Positions 1-8,859 of a stretch of 64,000 nt of DNA are shown in pieces. Every line of letters begins with the position of its first letter. Position 1 is the stretch's first letter. Below the pieces are notes generated by a model. The model saw only the letters and a list, made by a program, of their open reading frames with translations, did not search any database and was not told where the DNA came from. Position numbers and translations under genes: made by a program. Origin of the DNA: an uncultured Myxococcales bacterium (GTDB lineage Bacteria > Myxococcota_A > Polyangia > Fen-1088); the NCBI GenBank assembly GCA_964540815.1, contig CAZIOH010000031.1, positions 211 through 64,210 of the forward strand, in the 5' to 3' direction.

Positions 1-104
1 CCGCTCCCCAGGTGCCCTTGCACGAACCGCCAGCCGTCCCACATGGGGTCGTGCGTAACGGGTCGGCATCAGGGGCGTAGACACGGGACGATCAGACACC
101 CATC

Positions 105-512
105 GTGCCGCCGCGGGGGCACGTCCTCCCCGACGGCGACAGGGCATTTCGGGCCGCGCTCGTGGCGGCGTCGGTGCTGATCAGCATCAGCTTCTTCGCG
201 CTTTGGCGCGCAGGCCCGTCGTTCCCCGGATCATCGCAGACCTGGCAGGGTTGCCTCTTCGACGGCGCGAAGCTGAGCGCGCCAACGATCCTCGCCGGCA
301 CGTTCGTCCTCCGCCGCGTGGCGCTCGCCGATTCGTGGCGGCTCGGCGCGGCGCTTGGCGCCGCCAGCGGCTCGCTGGCGGGTCTCACTCTGCACTTCAC
401 CTGCGGCAGCGCCAGCCCCGCGCACGTGGCACTGGCTCACGGGGGAGGCGTCGTCCTCGGCGCCATCCTCGGCGCCCTCTCCTTGGCGTTGCTGGTCCGT
501 TTGCGTCGCTGA
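105..512 (+). CDS. hypothetical integral membrane protein (GTG start), 135 aa, with several hydrophobic segments and conserved Cys
   Basis: Very high third-position GC throughout the frame. Hydrophobic helices are visible (ALVAASVLISISFFALW, GGVVLGAILGALSLALLV). An in-frame TAG upstream at about 78-80 limits the start to GTG at 105. No family could be assigned from sequence alone. Confidence 0.5.
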   Translation: MPPRGHVLPDGDRAFRAALVAASVLISISFFALWRAGPSFPGSSQTWQGCLFDGAKLSAPTILAGTFVLRRVALADSWRLGAALGAASGSLAGLTLHFTCGSASPAHVALAHGGGVVLGAILGALSLALLVRLRR

Positions 513-526
513 ACCGAAATCCTTTA

Positions 527-916
527 TCACGCCTCCAGCCCGACCGTGGCGCTGCGTGTGACGGCCGTTCGAACGCGGGACCAGAAGGGCCTCCCCGACG
601 CGCTCCCGGGCCGGCGACCATCGACGTGGAGCTCTCTCAGCGCCATTTGCCGAATCCAGGGACGAGGATCGGCTCCCTTCACGTATGTGGACCGGCTTGC
701 GTGCAGCGCCTGGAAGGTCCGATCCAACAACCTCTCCGCACGTTGGCGGTCGCCGGTCCGGGCCAGCAATTCCGCGAAGATCCAGGGCGCAATCCGCGCG
801 TACAAGCGGTCGAAGGCTTCGCGCTCGCCCCGACAATAGCCGAGCATCAACTCCCTCTCGGGGCATTCGTCGTTACCGTCTCGCTGTGCGTCGTCCCTGC
901 ATCCGCCGTTCGTCAT
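527..916 (-). pseudogene. ECF (sigma-70 family) RNA polymerase sigma factor fragment: region 2 present, region 4 absent
   Basis: The translation LMLGYCRGEREAFDRLYARIAPWIFAELLARTGDRQRAERLLDRTFQALHASRSTYVKGADPRPWIRQMALRELHVDGRR matches sigma-70 region 2.1-2.4. The ORF stops 25 aa later at 527 and no minus-strand frame contains a region 4. The 3' end abuts a strongly coding plus-strand gene (105..512), so it looks truncated. Confidence 0.45.
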
Positions 917-1285
917 CGCAACCCTCCGTGTCCGGGGGCCTTCGCGATCGGGTCGCGCCAGGGCCCGCTCCTGGGTGTCGGCGGGCGACAGTCCGTTACA
1001 ACCTTTCTCCACCAAAGCACGCCGCGAGAGCCCCTTTCCAGAAGCGGACCACTTTGACACGAACTGGAAACAGGGCCGTAACGTCCGGAGCCCCGCCGAC
1101 ACTCACAGAGATGGAATCCTGCGTGGGACAGCGCCCGAGCGACTCGATTGGCCGCCGGGCTTTTGGTATCAACGAGGCCGGAGCGGGAGATTGGACCAGC
1201 CGGGCGCCAGCGCGGATCGAGCCGTCATCGACGCCTTGCGCGCGCGAGATGAGGCCGCCTTCTTGGCCTTCGCCTCCAGCCATAG

Positions 1286-1396
1286 GTCAGCGAGATCCTG
1301 GGACTGACGAGCACGAACGAGCGTGTGTTGCTGCATCGGGCACGCGCCAAGGTTCGGGCCACGCTCGAGCGACACTACGAAGGGAGGACGTCTTGA
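1286..1396 (+). pseudogene. sigma-70 region 4 remnant (ECF sigma C-terminus) immediately upstream of the anti-sigma gene
   Basis: Frame 2 translates to VSEILGLTSTNERVLLHRARAKVRATLERHYEGRTS*, a typical region 4.2 helix-turn-helix tail. It is preceded in frame 0 (to 1307) by ...ADRAVIDALRARDEAAFLAFASSH, which resembles an ECF sigma N-terminus. There is no region 2 between them, so the gene appears internally deleted or frameshifted. Confidence 0.4.
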
Positions 1397-1662
1397 GTGT
1401 CCGCGATCTCGTCTCCCTGAGCTGCAAGGAGCTCGTCGAGCTGGTCACGGACTATCACTGTGACGCCCTCGGCGTCGCGGACCGGGCAACCTTCGAGCAG
1501 CACCTGTTCGGGTGCACCTGGTGCATGACCTACCTGAAGCAGGCGGATCGCGCCATCGAGCTGACGGCGCAGCTGAGAGCTCCACCCGAGCCGATCGACA
1601 GCGAGAAGCTGACCGCGCTGTTCCGAGGCTGGCGGGCAAGCAAGGGCGGGCAGTCCAGATGA
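1393..1662 (+). CDS. anti-sigma factor, zinc-finger (ZAS / zf-HC2) family, about 89 aa, TTG start
   Basis: The motif HCDALGVADRATFEQHLFGCTWC fits the H-x3-C-x2-C ZAS signature. The TTG start at 1393 overlaps the TGA of the sigma remnant (TTGA). A GAAGGGAGG RBS lies at about 1378-1386. Confidence 0.6.
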   Translation: MSVRDLVSLSCKELVELVTDYHCDALGVADRATFEQHLFGCTWCMTYLKQADRAIELTAQLRAPPEPIDSEKLTALFRGWRASKGGQSR

Positions 1663-2186
1663 TCGTATTCAAGTTCCTTCAGCGTGGCGCGAAAGGGCCG
1701 TTGACCGGCTTCGTCTGGACGCCCCAGGTCTGGGTCGAGACATCGGGCCCCCTCGCCCCTTGCCGGAATGGCGCTCACCTGCTGCGGCCGCACGACCTCG
1801 CGCACTGGATGCACGAGGAGCTCTGGCGGGCCGAACTGGACGGGGAGTGGATCGAGGGGGCGGACTGCCTCATCGCGCGGCGGGCGCGGGTCACCGAGCG
1901 CATCGAGGGCTGGTCGGGACCAGACGGCGAGGCGTTCGCCCAGGCCTGTCACGATCGATTGGGAGCGCGGCTGGTCCTGGCCACCGAACCGGCGGTCCGA
2001 GAGCATCTGACGAACTATCAGTGGGCCGTGAACTGGCACATCGAGCGCAGGGCAATCGCCATGGCGGGCTATGTCTCGGCGCTTGGCCTGGCGCAGCTCG
2101 CGAAGAACGAGACGACGATCGACGCCTACCGGCGCGAGCGTGCCTGGCAATCAGAGTGGCTGGTGCGTGCTCTACGGTTGCTCTGA
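1659..2186 (+). CDS. hypothetical protein (about 175 aa) co-transcribed with the anti-sigma factor
   Basis: The ATG at 1659 overlaps the anti-sigma stop (ATGA). GC3 is high. The translation MIVFKFLQRGAKGPLTGFVWTPQVW... has no family I can recognise. Confidence 0.5.
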   Translation: MIVFKFLQRGAKGPLTGFVWTPQVWVETSGPLAPCRNGAHLLRPHDLAHWMHEELWRAELDGEWIEGADCLIARRARVTERIEGWSGPDGEAFAQACHDRLGARLVLATEPAVREHLTNYQWAVNWHIERRAIAMAGYVSALGLAQLAKNETTIDAYRRERAWQSEWLVRALRLL

Positions 2187-2401
2187 CACCACCGGCGCTC
2201 GTCAGTGAGTACCGCGTGCGCGAGCAAGGCACACGTGGTCGCGCTTCGCCAGAGCCCGTGAAACCTTCGCGGGAGGTCGGCGTAGAACGGCGGGCCGAAT
2301 CGTTCGGCAGTCCGGGAGCGATCCGAGCGCTCCTCGGTCGTTGACGGGTGCACTCGGGATGACGCCGGCGACTGCACGTATCGCTCGCCGCGAGGAGAGG
2401 T

Positions 2402-4666
2402 ATGACCATGCTCGCAACACGAATCGATCGAACCAGGTTCGCAGCTCTCACGTCGGGCGCCTTGATGTTCAGCCTCTGGGCAGGCTGCCAGGCCGACCTC
2501 GATGGCCCTCCGGGGCCCGCCATCGAGGCAATGAGCGAGGGGCTCCGCCAGGAAGCCAAGCCCCTGCGCGCGCTCATCGCCCGGCAGGTGGGTGGGCTCG
2601 ACAAGATGCGGGTGCCCGCCGAGGACGCCGCCATCCCCCTGCCTCCCGAAGACCCCAGCCGTCGAGGGCGCTACGAGACGACCGAGGCCAAGCGCTATCT
2701 CGGCAAGTTGCTGTTCCATGACCCGGTCCGCACGGCCCGCGTCGACATCAACAAGAGCGTGAACCCGCCCATCCGGGCCGGCGAGCCCCGCGACTTGCCC
2801 GACGGGACCGCGTTCGGCGGAACAGTGGACGGCGCCAGCCCGAACGTGCAGGCCGTGGTGAACGCGACGAAGAGCACCGGCTCGTGCGGGAGCTGCCACC
2901 TGGGCGAGGCCGCAGGCAAGGCGGGCACCGCGCTGAACTTCAACGTCGGTGGCGAGGGCCGCGGCTACACCGACGAGAACGGCGACTACATCATCCGCCG
3001 GCGCCCGCAGAAGAACCTCATTCCTCGCCCGGCCACCTACTTGCCCGGGGTCGCGCTGTTCGAGGGCGACACGGGCGTCGACGCCCTGCCCACGCTCACC
3101 GACATCTACGACGTCGACGGGTCGATCGAGATCGCCACTCCCGCCCGTCAGAAGGCGGATCCGCTGCCCAGCGCGCTGCTGGAGACGGGTCGCCTCGACC
3201 AGCTCGACAGCGTCGGGCGGCAGTCCCCCTCCATGGTTGGCTTCGCTTTCAACAACCGCCTGCTCTTCGGGGGCTTCGCGGGTGAGTCGAACGGGCTTCC
3301 GGGCGGGCTCAATCCCCTGAATGATCCGGCACAAGAGAACCTGACGCTGCTGCTCCTGGACGCGCACCGGATGCTGGACTTCGAGTCGGCCGAGCTGCAG
3401 AAGCTCCCGGCGTTCGTCGAGCTGTTCCGGCAAGCGTTCCCCGGCGAGGCGCAGGCCTACCAGGCCTGCAAGCAGGCGAACCCGGAAGCGACCTGCCAGA
3501 CCGAGCTGAACGCGCTGGTCAACGACGACACGGTGCTGCGCGCCACCGCGACGTTCCTGCGGACCGCGGTCACCCGGAACACGCCGTTCGATCGGTTCAT
3601 CGCCGGAGAAGACGCCCTCACCGCCCGCCAGCAGCGGGGCGCGCGGCTGTTCTTCACCCGAGCCGAGGACGGCGGCGCCGGGTGCTTCGGGTGCCACAGC
3701 GGCCCGATGTTCAACAAGCAGCCGAACGATCCGGATCTTGCCGGGATCGGTCAGCTCGTCGAGGAGAACTTCTTCAACCTCGGCATCGGCGATCACCCGG
3801 TCCAGGCGCTGAACGCGCTGCGCAGGGGACACCTGACGTTCGGCCCCGATGGCAAGCCGCTGCCGCACGGGGAGGATACCGGGCGTCAGGAGATCACGCA
3901 CAACCCGGAGCACGCCTACAAGTTTCGCGCGCTGACGCTGCGGCAGCTGAGGGACGCGCGGACGTTCTTCCACAATGGATCGTTCACCAAGCTGCGAGAT
4001 GTGGTGAGCTATTTCAACGACGGCGTTCCCCAGGACCAGCAGTTTGCCGGCCAGGCGTCGACGCTGGAGCCACGGTTCACCCATCCCCGGGGCGGCTCGG
4101 CGCCGCGAGGCCTCGGTCTCGATGACGACCAGATGGATGCCCTCACCGACTTTCTGGAAGGCGGTCTCTACGATCCCGGTTTCGTCCAGGCCTTCCAGCC
4201 CAACGAGACCGACCTGACCTACTCGAAGAATCACCCTGAGCTGGCCGCCCTGGGCGCCAAGGACGGACAGCTCCTCAGTGGCCGCGCCATCGACGACGAC
4301 GACCCCCTGTCGCGGCGCGATCAGGGCCTCGAGTTCCTCGACGTGACCCGACGAATCCGGAGCAATCGCGTCGGGATCGCTCGTCCCGGTCAGGCGCTCG
4401 AGGAGGTGTTCATGTTCACGAACACCAGCGACGACGTCATCGACACGCACTTGCTGATCATCGCCGCGGGGCTGCCCCGGGGCGTCGTGCTTCGCAACGC
4501 GAGCGGCACGACCAGGAGCGGGGAGCCATACATCCGCGTGTTTCTCCCCGGGGGCGTGCTGCAGCCGGGCCAGCACATCTCGCAGGCCTTCACGTTCAAC
4601 GGCGTGACCCGGCGCAGGCAGCCGACCTACCGGTTCACGCTGCTCTCCGGCCAGGGCGCTCCCTAG
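2402..4666 (+). CDS. di-heme cytochrome c peroxidase family lipoprotein (CCP/MauG-like)
   Basis: Two CxxCH haem motifs are present (CGSCH and CFGCH). A lipoprotein-type signal (FSLWAGC) is present. An RBS GAGGAGAGG precedes the ATG at 2402. The 863-aa minus-strand ORF over the same span is antisense. Confidence 0.8.
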   Translation: MTMLATRIDRTRFAALTSGALMFSLWAGCQADLDGPPGPAIEAMSEGLRQEAKPLRALIARQVGGLDKMRVPAEDAAIPLPPEDPSRRGRYETTEAKRYLGKLLFHDPVRTARVDINKSVNPPIRAGEPRDLPDGTAFGGTVDGASPNVQAVVNATKSTGSCGSCHLGEAAGKAGTALNFNVGGEGRGYTDENGDYIIRRRPQKNLIPRPATYLPGVALFEGDTGVDALPTLTDIYDVDGSIEIATPARQKADPLPSALLETGRLDQLDSVGRQSPSMVGFAFNNRLLFGGFAGESNGLPGGLNPLNDPAQENLTLLLLDAHRMLDFESAELQKLPAFVELFRQAFPGEAQAYQACKQANPEATCQTELNALVNDDTVLRATATFLRTAVTRNTPFDRFIAGEDALTARQQRGARLFFTRAEDGGAGCFGCHSGPMFNKQPNDPDLAGIGQLVEENFFNLGIGDHPVQALNALRRGHLTFGPDGKPLPHGEDTGRQEITHNPEHAYKFRALTLRQLRDARTFFHNGSFTKLRDVVSYFNDGVPQDQQFAGQASTLEPRFTHPRGGSAPRGLGLDDDQMDALTDFLEGGLYDPGFVQAFQPNETDLTYSKNHPELAALGAKDGQLLSGRAIDDDDPLSRRDQGLEFLDVTRRIRSNRVGIARPGQALEEVFMFTNTSDDVIDTHLLIIAAGLPRGVVLRNASGTTRSGEPYIRVFLPGGVLQPGQHISQAFTFNGVTRRRQPTYRFTLLSGQGAP

Positions 4667-5010
4667 CAGCCCGAGTCGTCCCCACGAAGGGCCGGGAGAG
4701 GAAAGCTCCTGGCCCATCGGCCATGTGGCACCCGGCGCTTCGTCGGTGACTTCGCGCGGAGCGATCGCCTCTCCATGTATGCAACACCGGAGGCACCCGG
4801 CGGCCCCGGGGGGGCCAAGGAACCGACTGGCTCACCCCAACCACCACTCTTCGTAGTCGAGACTACGAACTCTCGTTGTTGAACCGCGCCCGCGCCCTTC
4901 ATCTCCAAAGATTCCGGCACTCTTGGGCTGGAAGGGCCGATGGCACGGCGCCTGCTGCAGCTGGGGATGTTCCCCGCTTCCGGTGGAGCAGAGACCACGA
5001 GGAAGGAACC

Positions 5011-5571
5011 ATGTGCAGGATCTCCCCGATCGATCCCGACGCTCTCACGGCCGCGCGCGACGAGGTCCTCGATGCCGTGAGGGCGAAGTTCGGCATGGTG
5101 CCAATGATGGTGCGAACGATGGCGCGGTCGCCCGCCGTCCTCTCCGGCTGGGCGGCGCTCGACGCCGCGCTGGCCAAAGGGGTGCTCGGGTCGCGGGTGA
5201 GCGAGCTCATCGCGCTCGCGGTGGCCCAGGTGAACCTGTCCCCATACTGCCTGGCGGCGCACAGCGCGCTCGGCCAGATGGTCGGGCTCTCGCCCGACGA
5301 CGCCGTCGAAGCCCGGCGGGGCCATGCGCCCCGGCGAGGCCAAGGGGAAGATCCGAAGGAGGCCGCTGCCATCCGTCTGGCGCTGGCGATCCTCGAGACC
5401 CGCGGAGGCGTGAGCGACGAGGTGCTCTGCCTCTGCCGCGAAGCGGGACTGTCGGACCAGGAGATGACCGAGGTGTCGGCACACGTGGCTCTGAACGTCC
5501 TCGCGAACTACTTCACCCGCCTGGCGGAGCCGCAGATCGACTTCCCGATGGTCGACGTCCGCCTGCCCTGA
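5011..5571 (+). CDS. carboxymuconolactone decarboxylase (AhpD-like/CMD) family protein
   Basis: The CMD-family motif NLSPYCLAAHS (CxxxH) is present. Start is ATG at 5011 (MCRISPID...), inside the longer track ORF 4876..5571. Confidence 0.75.
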   Translation: MCRISPIDPDALTAARDEVLDAVRAKFGMVPMMVRTMARSPAVLSGWAALDAALAKGVLGSRVSELIALAVAQVNLSPYCLAAHSALGQMVGLSPDDAVEARRGHAPRRGQGEDPKEAAAIRLALAILETRGGVSDEVLCLCREAGLSDQEMTEVSAHVALNVLANYFTRLAEPQIDFPMVDVRLP

Positions 5572-5624
5572 ACGCGAAACCAATCTGTCCCGTCACGTCA
5601 ACCACAAACGCCTGGAGAATTCAC

Positions 5625-6587
5625 ATGTCAATGTCCGCCATGACCGCATCCCCCATCGCGACGCCCACCCCGGCCGCTCCCGCCATGCCGACTCCGGTCA
5701 CCTTCGGGTCGACCATGGTCGATGGCCTGAACATCGCCTACCGTGAGGCCGGCAACCCGTCGAGCCCGAAGCTGGTCCTGCTGCACGGCTTCCCGGCCTC
5801 GTCGCACCAGTACCGCAATCTGGTGCGCGTCCTCGGCGATACCTTTCACGTCATCGCCCCCGACTACCCGGGATTCGGAAACAGCGATACCCCCGACCCC
5901 GGGAAGTTCGGCTACACCTTCGACAAGCTTGCCGAGGTGGTCGAGCGCTTCCTCGCCATCAAGGGGTTCGTTCACTACGGACTGTTCGTGCAGGACTACG
6001 GCGGACCGGTGGGCTTCAGGATCCTGGCGCGCCATCCCGAGGCGCTCGATTGGCTGGTCATCCAGAACACCAACGCCTACGAGATCGGCTTCACCGCGGC
6101 CTGGGACGGCTTCCGCGGCGCCTTGTGGAAGAATCCGTCGCCCGAGACCGAAGCGCCACTTGCCGGCTTTCTGACCCACGACGCGATCAAGGGCATCTAC
6201 CTCCACGGCGCCAAGCGCCCCGAGTTCGTGAGCCCGGACAACTGGGAGTCGGATTTCGGGTTCATGCAGCGCCCGCACGCCGTTCGCATGAACCTCGACC
6301 TCTTCTACGACTACCGGAAGAACGTGCCGCTCTACCCGGAATGGCAGGCATTCCTGCGCAACCGGCAGCCAAAGACCCTCATCTTCTGGGGTCAGGACGA
6401 TGTGTTCTTCACGAAGGAGGGCGGCGAGGCCTATCTGACCGACCTCCCCAACGCAGAGATGCACCGGCTCGCCGCCGGACACTTTGCGGTCGAGGACAAC
6501 CTCGAGTACATCTCAGAGCACATGCACCGCTTCTACGCGGAGAAGGTTGCCTCTGACGGCAGGAAGAAGGCGGTCGGCCACCGATAG
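5625..6587 (+). CDS. alpha/beta hydrolase fold protein (epoxide hydrolase/haloalkane dehalogenase-like)
   Basis: VLLHGFPASSHQYRNL and the GFG-containing nucleophile elbow region are present. Start is ATG at 5625 (MSMSAMTAS). Confidence 0.85.
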   Translation: MSMSAMTASPIATPTPAAPAMPTPVTFGSTMVDGLNIAYREAGNPSSPKLVLLHGFPASSHQYRNLVRVLGDTFHVIAPDYPGFGNSDTPDPGKFGYTFDKLAEVVERFLAIKGFVHYGLFVQDYGGPVGFRILARHPEALDWLVIQNTNAYEIGFTAAWDGFRGALWKNPSPETEAPLAGFLTHDAIKGIYLHGAKRPEFVSPDNWESDFGFMQRPHAVRMNLDLFYDYRKNVPLYPEWQAFLRNRQPKTLIFWGQDDVFFTKEGGEAYLTDLPNAEMHRLAAGHFAVEDNLEYISEHMHRFYAEKVASDGRKKAVGHR

Positions 6588-6633
6588 TGCTCGCGAATCC
6601 GGCCCCTGGAGCTCCGCCGCCGTCGATGGCGGC

Positions 6634-8673
6634 TCAGCCACCGCCTGCGGCAAGGCCCAGGGACTTGATGCGCGAAGCGAGCGTGGTCGGCTTCATGCCG
6701 AGCCTCTCGGCCGCGCCACCAGGGCCGAAGATCTTGCCGTCGGCCTCCCGGAGCGCTCGAGCGATGTTCTCGCGCTCCTGGTTCTTCAGCTCGTCTCGGG
6801 TGAGCAGGCCGGTCGCCACCGACGGCTGGCCGACCGGCCGAACCGGGGCGGCCGGCTTTGGCGCCGGCAGGTCGAACTCCAGCAGCCCATCTCGGGAAAG
6901 GATCACGGCCCGCTCGACGGCATTCTGGAGCTCGCGGATGTTGCCCGGCCAGTCGTGAGCCGTGAGCTGGGCCATCACGGCCTGCGCTATCCGGGGGGTG
7001 GGGCGGCCCATCTGGCGCGCGATCACCCTCGCGAAGTGGGAGACCAGCAGCGGGACGTCCTCGCGCCGCTCGCGCAGGGGCGGCAGGGCGATCGGAAAGA
7101 CGCTGAGGCGGTAGAAGAGATCTTCGCGGAAGCGGCCTTCTTGGGCCTCCCTCTTCAAGTCGCGGTTCGTCGCCGCGATGATCCGGACATTCACCTTGCG
7201 GGTCCTGGTGTCCCCGACGCGCTCGAGCTCCCGCTCTTGCAATACGCGCAACAGCTTGGCTTGCATCGCAAGCGGGATCTCCCCGACCTCGTCCAGGAAG
7301 AGCGTGCCACCGTCCGCCAGCTCGAAGCGCCCCGGCTTGTCCTTGACGGCGCCGGTGAAGGCGCCTCTGACGTGACCAAAGAACTCGCTCTCGAACAGGC
7401 TGTCGGGGATGGCGCTGCAGTTCACCTTGATGAGGACCTGGCCGTTTCGGTGACTCTGCTGGTGGATCGCCCGGGCGATCAACTCCTTTCCGGTTCCACT
7501 CTCGCCGTTGATGAGCACCGAAGCATCCGTGGGAGCGACGAGCTGGGTCTGCTGCAGCACCTTCTGCAAGCCGGGACTCTCTCCGATGACCGCGCCGAAG
7601 TTGAAGTCCGAGAGGATCTCTTCGTAGAGGTAGGCGTTCTCGGCCTGCAGGCGAACTTGCTGCCGCTCGAGGAGCACCCGATCCGTGATGTCGACCATGG
7701 CGGTGCGGGTGTACTCGCCGCCCCGCGCGGGCTTCGACCACCATTGGACCCAGATCGGGGCGCCGGTGTCCTTGCGGCGCAGCTCCAGCACGACTCCGTC
7801 CTTTCCCTTTCCCGCCTCGATCGCCTCGAACGCCTCCTGCAGGGCGCGCTGGTTCTCCGGTGTCTCGGCGACCAGTGACTTGCCGAAGGTCCTCGCGATC
7901 TCCGTCGGATCGATGCCGAGCATCTTGATCGCCGCCGCGTTGGCGCGGATGAAGCGGGAGTCCATTCCCTCGTGCACATAGGGGATGGGGGCCTCATCGA
8001 AGAGATCGCGGAAGCGCTCCTCGTTGTCGGCCAGGATCCGATTGGTGGCACGCAGCTGTTCGTTCAGCGACTGCTGCAAGCCCTCGAGGGCGGCGATCTT
8101 CCTCGCCGCCAACCGAAGCTCCATCTGGTCCATCACCAGCGACGCCAGCTTGTTCAGCATCTCGGCCTCGGGGGCCGTGAGCTCGCGCGGCTCTCGATCG
8201 ATGATACAGAGTGTGCCGAGATTGAAGCCTTCCCGGGTGCGCAGGGGCGCCGCCGCGTAGAAGCGCAGACCCAGGCTCCCGGTCACCAGGGGATTGGCGA
8301 GCGTCCTCGGATCGATCGCGGCATCGGACACTTGATAGAAGTCCGGGGAGAGGATCGCCGAGGAGCACAGGCCTGGAGCGCGATCGATCTCCGCTGCATC
8401 GAGGCCAGCGTGGGACTTGAACCAGATCCGATCGTGGTCCACGAGGCTGATGAGCGCGATGGGGACACGGAACAGGCCTGCCGCGACCGCCGTGATGCGA
8501 TCGAAGGCGCCATCCTGAGGGGTGTCGAGAATGTCGTACCGCCGGAGGACGTCGAGACGCTCCTCCTCATTGGCGGCCATGTTCTCGCTCGCACTGGGCA
8601 CGAGGACTTCTAGCACGGGGACCCGAGCGGGGGGCGTGGGTTCGCCCGCGCCCACGGCCGGGTCGAACGGCAC
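6634..8673 (-). CDS. sigma-54-dependent transcriptional activator with GAF and PAS sensor domains (bEBP, Fis-type HTH)
   Basis: The AAA+ sigma-54 interaction domain contains GESGTGKELIARAIH. A GAF-like N-terminus and a PAS region precede it, and a C-terminal HTH follows. The track start at 8673 is GTG. An ATG at 8580 (MAANEEERL, start of GAF) is an equally plausible start. Confidence 0.85.
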   Translation of the reverse strand: MPFDPAVGAGEPTPPARVPVLEVLVPSASENMAANEEERLDVLRRYDILDTPQDGAFDRITAVAAGLFRVPIALISLVDHDRIWFKSHAGLDAAEIDRAPGLCSSAILSPDFYQVSDAAIDPRTLANPLVTGSLGLRFYAAAPLRTREGFNLGTLCIIDREPRELTAPEAEMLNKLASLVMDQMELRLAARKIAALEGLQQSLNEQLRATNRILADNEERFRDLFDEAPIPYVHEGMDSRFIRANAAAIKMLGIDPTEIARTFGKSLVAETPENQRALQEAFEAIEAGKGKDGVVLELRRKDTGAPIWVQWWSKPARGGEYTRTAMVDITDRVLLERQQVRLQAENAYLYEEILSDFNFGAVIGESPGLQKVLQQTQLVAPTDASVLINGESGTGKELIARAIHQQSHRNGQVLIKVNCSAIPDSLFESEFFGHVRGAFTGAVKDKPGRFELADGGTLFLDEVGEIPLAMQAKLLRVLQERELERVGDTRTRKVNVRIIAATNRDLKREAQEGRFREDLFYRLSVFPIALPPLRERREDVPLLVSHFARVIARQMGRPTPRIAQAVMAQLTAHDWPGNIRELQNAVERAVILSRDGLLEFDLPAPKPAAPVRPVGQPSVATGLLTRDELKNQERENIARALREADGKIFGPGGAAERLGMKPTTLASRIKSLGLAAGGG

Positions 8674-8770
8674 TACGAAGTGTCGTCGATCGACGAGTTC
8701 TCGTCGGGCTCCAGGCCCGGTCTGGCTGCGATCGCTGCGCGATCCGGCCCCGAGCGCGCCGTCTCCGCGG

Positions 8771-8786
8771 TGGCACGGTCTTCGCT
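8771..8786 (+). promoter_or_regulatory. candidate sigma-54 (-24/-12) promoter TGGCACG-N4-TCGC upstream of the secreted-paralog/msrPQ operon
   Basis: The sequence gTGGCACGgtctTCGCt has the GG and GC dinucleotides at the canonical 11-nt spacing, with one mismatch to TTGC. It lies about 75 bp upstream of the start at 8860 and is divergent from the bEBP gene. Confidence 0.5.
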
Positions 8787-8859
8787 GAAGCCTCGCGGGA
8801 TGCCGTGGTCTTCACTCGGAGCCACCCACCGCGATTTTCCACTTGAAAGGACCAACACC

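Noticed and set aside
2126-4717. 863-aa minus-strand ORF spanning the cytochrome c peroxidase gene
   Set aside because: It is antisense to a gene with clear CxxCH motifs. The translation is Arg/Gly/Pro-rich nonsense typical of reverse frames in high-GC DNA.
4726-4740. TGGCAC hexamer downstream of the peroxidase gene
   Set aside because: The GC dinucleotide is two positions out of register for a -24/-12 promoter (TGGCAC-ccggc-GCTT), so it was not called a sigma-54 site.
6484-7878. 464-aa plus-strand ORF inside the sigma-54 activator locus
   Set aside because: It is antisense to the bEBP gene, whose minus-strand product has the GESGTGKE Walker A and the GAFTGA-region context.
8841-8851. Shared TTGAAAGGACC / GGAAAGGACC motif at 8841 and 32406
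   Set aside because: It is most simply explained as a Shine-Dalgarno-like AAAGGA. The second copy is not followed by a coding frame with GC3 bias, so no regulatory claim is made.
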